From: Octopus vulgaris
Lineage: Eukaryota
Length of the DNA stretch: 64,000 nt
NCBI GenBank assembly: GCA_951406725.2
Contig: OX597834.1
Span: forward strand, 41,416,001 to 41,480,000
Reading direction: 5' to 3'
Shown here: positions 60,905 to 64,000 of the stretch, piece by piece
Layout of the letters: every line of letters begins with the position of its first letter
How positions within the stretch are numbered: the stretch's first letter is position 1
Translations under genes and position numbers: made by a program
Notes under the pieces: generated by a model
Seen by the model: only the letters and a program-made list of their open reading frames with translations
Told to the model about the DNA's origin: nothing
The model's database searches: none

Positions 60905-61284
60905 TTACAGCTACGGAGTTAGGATATTGAGAAGTTAATCGTTTCATGGATTGTAACAAATGGTATAAATTGTGTCATCTCTCGAAAGAGCTGTTCTTCA
61001 CTCCTGCTCCAGAGCGTCGGCTGCGTGGTCATTCCGAAAAGCTCTACCTGCGACGATTTCATCTCAATCGAAGGAGAGGAGCTTTCTCCGTCCGGGTTGC
61101 GGATCCGTGGAAGAAGCTGCCAGACGAGATGGTGAAGATGCCGACGACCGCTTTGTTCAAAGTCTCCCTTGACCTCAAGTGGCCTGAACTCTTTACATGA
61201 ACACCACGCTGTACTTAACTCCATGTCCCCCTACATGGCCTTGCTATTTGCTTTTGAGCCAAATTAACTAACTAACTAACTAAC
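60905..61284 (+). mobile_element. CR1-clade LINE 3' end with a (TAAC)n tail
   Basis: LRGHSEKLYLRRFHLNRRRGAFSVRVADPWKKLP...FKVSLD, typical CR1/L2 C-terminus. Confidence 0.8.
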
Positions 61285-61289
61285 ATATA

Positions 61290-61361
<72 letters not shown>

Positions 61362-61566
61362 GTGTGCATATATATATGTATGTATTTGATGGTCATTTAC
61401 TCTCCTGAGTTTTTCCCCCTTTTGAAGGCCAAATCATTTATCATGCTGGGTGTCAAATAGCCATCTTAATATCCAAGCAATCTTCTTAGTGTTATCAGAT
61501 ACGTTGACCGTACACCTGGATTTAATGAGGAAGCTATATATAATGAATATCTTTTGAGAGTAACAT

Positions 61567-61764
<198 letters not shown>

Positions 61765-64000
61765 GCTTTGTTCGTCGTAGAAAAACAAAACTTCCTAGTG
61801 TTAGGAATGTATGTGGTTTGTCACGGACGGAGCGATCATTCGTAAGACAGTATTGCTTTACTTGCTACAAATAGTATTCTAGGATACAATAAAATTTTAC
61901 ATACCGTAAATCCTCGAGTATAGTCCATCCTTGAGTATAATACGCAGGGGATTTTTAGGGGGGGCTGTACCTCTGAAAAACCTAAACCTTGTGTATAATA
62001 CGCACCACTTCTCTAACTTGAGTCGTATGTAATTAAGCCACCAGCACCTAGTCGAACAAACACTTCCGCGCATGTGTAATACAATAATGGTGATGTTCTA
62101 AATTGTTATATGGGAATGTAAATATGCTTGCAAATTGTTTTTGAGTAGCATTCAGTGATGGATAATCTTATAAGGATGGGCGTATATCAGCTGAAGACCA
62201 TGCATGGATGTGTTAGTACAAATCACCAGGATGATAGAAACGTTGATCACCAGTTTATCATCCACCAACAACTGGATTACTACCTTCCACTTTGAAGGGC
62301 GTGCGTTTGCAATCTAAGAACAAGATATACCAACCGAATGCCTGATGCACAAAAGTGACAGAAACGCAGTAAAGGCAGCAAAATGTGATAACCGATGCTG
62401 ACATTGTGGAGTTAACACCGAAGATATCACCCACATCATAAGCAGTTATCCGAAAATGTCATCAAGTTATTATCTAGAGATGAGATAAGCTATTGTAGCT
62501 GGGAGATTGTTGTTTAATGAGATCCGTCGGAAGGATAAGCCCAAGTTAAAAAAAAAAAAGAAAGAACCTACAGTATAGTAGAAGCCATAATCACTCATAA
62601 TGAAAAGTAATACTGGTGGAGTGTCCTAGTGAAAGCCTCAATAAAATGTAAACACAATAGATATATTATAAGGATTTGGGATAGGATAAGAAATTGTGTA
62701 CAGTTCCTGAAATCAGCTGAGAGTTCTGTCAAAAGTTTGTGTTATTATTTTCAATGCTCCAAAAGTATAAGTTTTCTAAAAATGTTTCGCATATTAAATA
62801 GAGAGATAATTAATTGTTGTGACGTAGATTCTCTCTTTCTAATTGTCGTAACTTAGAATTCATATTTACTCTTTTACTCTTTTACTTGTTTCAGTCATTT
62901 GACTGCGGCCATGCTGGAGCACCGCCTTTAATCGAGCAACTCGACCCCGGGACTTATTCTTTTGTGAGCCCAGTACTTATTCTATCGGTCTCTTCTTCCG
63001 AACCGCTAAGTAACAGGGACATAAACACACCAGCATCGGTTGTCAAGCAATGCCAGGGGGACAAACACAGACGCACAAACACACACACGCATATGTATAT
63101 ATATATACATATATACGACGGGCTTCTTTCAGTTTCCGTCTACCAAATCCACTCACAAGGCATTGGTCGGCCCGAGGCTATAGTAGAATACACTTGCCCA
63201 AGGTGCCACGCAGTGGGACTGAACCCGGAACCATGTGGTTGGTAAACAAGCTACTTACCACACAGCCACTCCTGCGCCTATATATTTATTTTATTCTTCC
63301 GCAATCCACTGACGTCACCTGAAGGTGAATACTAAATTAGCTTTTCTTAGAATATCATATATTTTTCATCTTGACGTTCCTTTTGTATGCGTTTACCTAC
63401 TGGAAATATTTTCTTAGTTCACTTTGAAGTCAACAAATTTTGAATCGACTTGAGAACATTGTGTTAACATGTATTTTCGGATACATTAATTTGAATTTTT
63501 TTTTGTCTAAATATGTTAATGCAGCAGAAACGATCGCCATGACACTTTTATCACAATTAAAGATGTGATTTTTCTCTCTCCCTATTTTTGCTCTGAATTT
63601 CATGAAATTCTAAATGATATTTGGACCTACTTGTCATACATCAGGAATTGAAGGCGCAATGGCCCAGTGGTTAGGGCAGCGGACTCGCGGTCATAGGATC
63701 GCGGTTTCGATTCCCAGACCGGGTGTTGTGAGTGTTTATTGACCAAAAACACATAAAAGCTTCACGAGGCTCCGGCAAGGGATGGTGGTGATCCCTGCTG
63801 TACTCTTTCACCACAACTTTCTCTCACTCTTACTTCCTGTATCTGTTGTACCTGTATTTCAAAGGGCCGGCCTTGTCCCTCTCTGTGTCACGCTGAATAT
63901 CCCCGATAACTACGTTAAGGGTACACGTGCCTGTGGAGTGCTCGGCCACTTACACGTTAATTTCACGAGCAGGCTGTTCCGTTGATTCGGATCAACCGGA

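Overview
AT-rich, microsatellite- and SINE-laden eukaryotic DNA, most likely a coleoid cephalopod (Octopus-like; inferred from repeat content and the gene type). The + strand carries a tandem cluster of three paralogous protostome-type cytoplasmic intermediate-filament (IF, neurofilament-like) genes with a lamin-tail domain (LTD) and no CaaX box, assembled by hand from GT-AG junctions. Copy A is represented only by its last 3 exons (414-2801). Copy B (7620/7909-22201) has an open frame but no recognisable head/coil-1a exon and a rod shortened by several in-frame deletions. Copy C (34530-51716) is complete: 11 exons, 555 aa. A 26/39-nt mini-exon candidate upstream of exon 2 is conserved in B and C. 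Several unrelated short elements embedded in (TA)n tracts carry type I hammerhead ribozyme folds, often with direct and inverted repeats (Penelope-like pLTR / retrozyme-like). The best (57458-57564) has a perfect core, a GUC site and a long G-U-rich stem II, and is absent from the otherwise near-identical duplicate of its locus. The rest is tRNA-derived SINEs, LINE 3' ends (RTE, R4/Dong-like, CR1), mariner/Tc1 relics, Helitron-like elements, recent local duplications and microsatellites.
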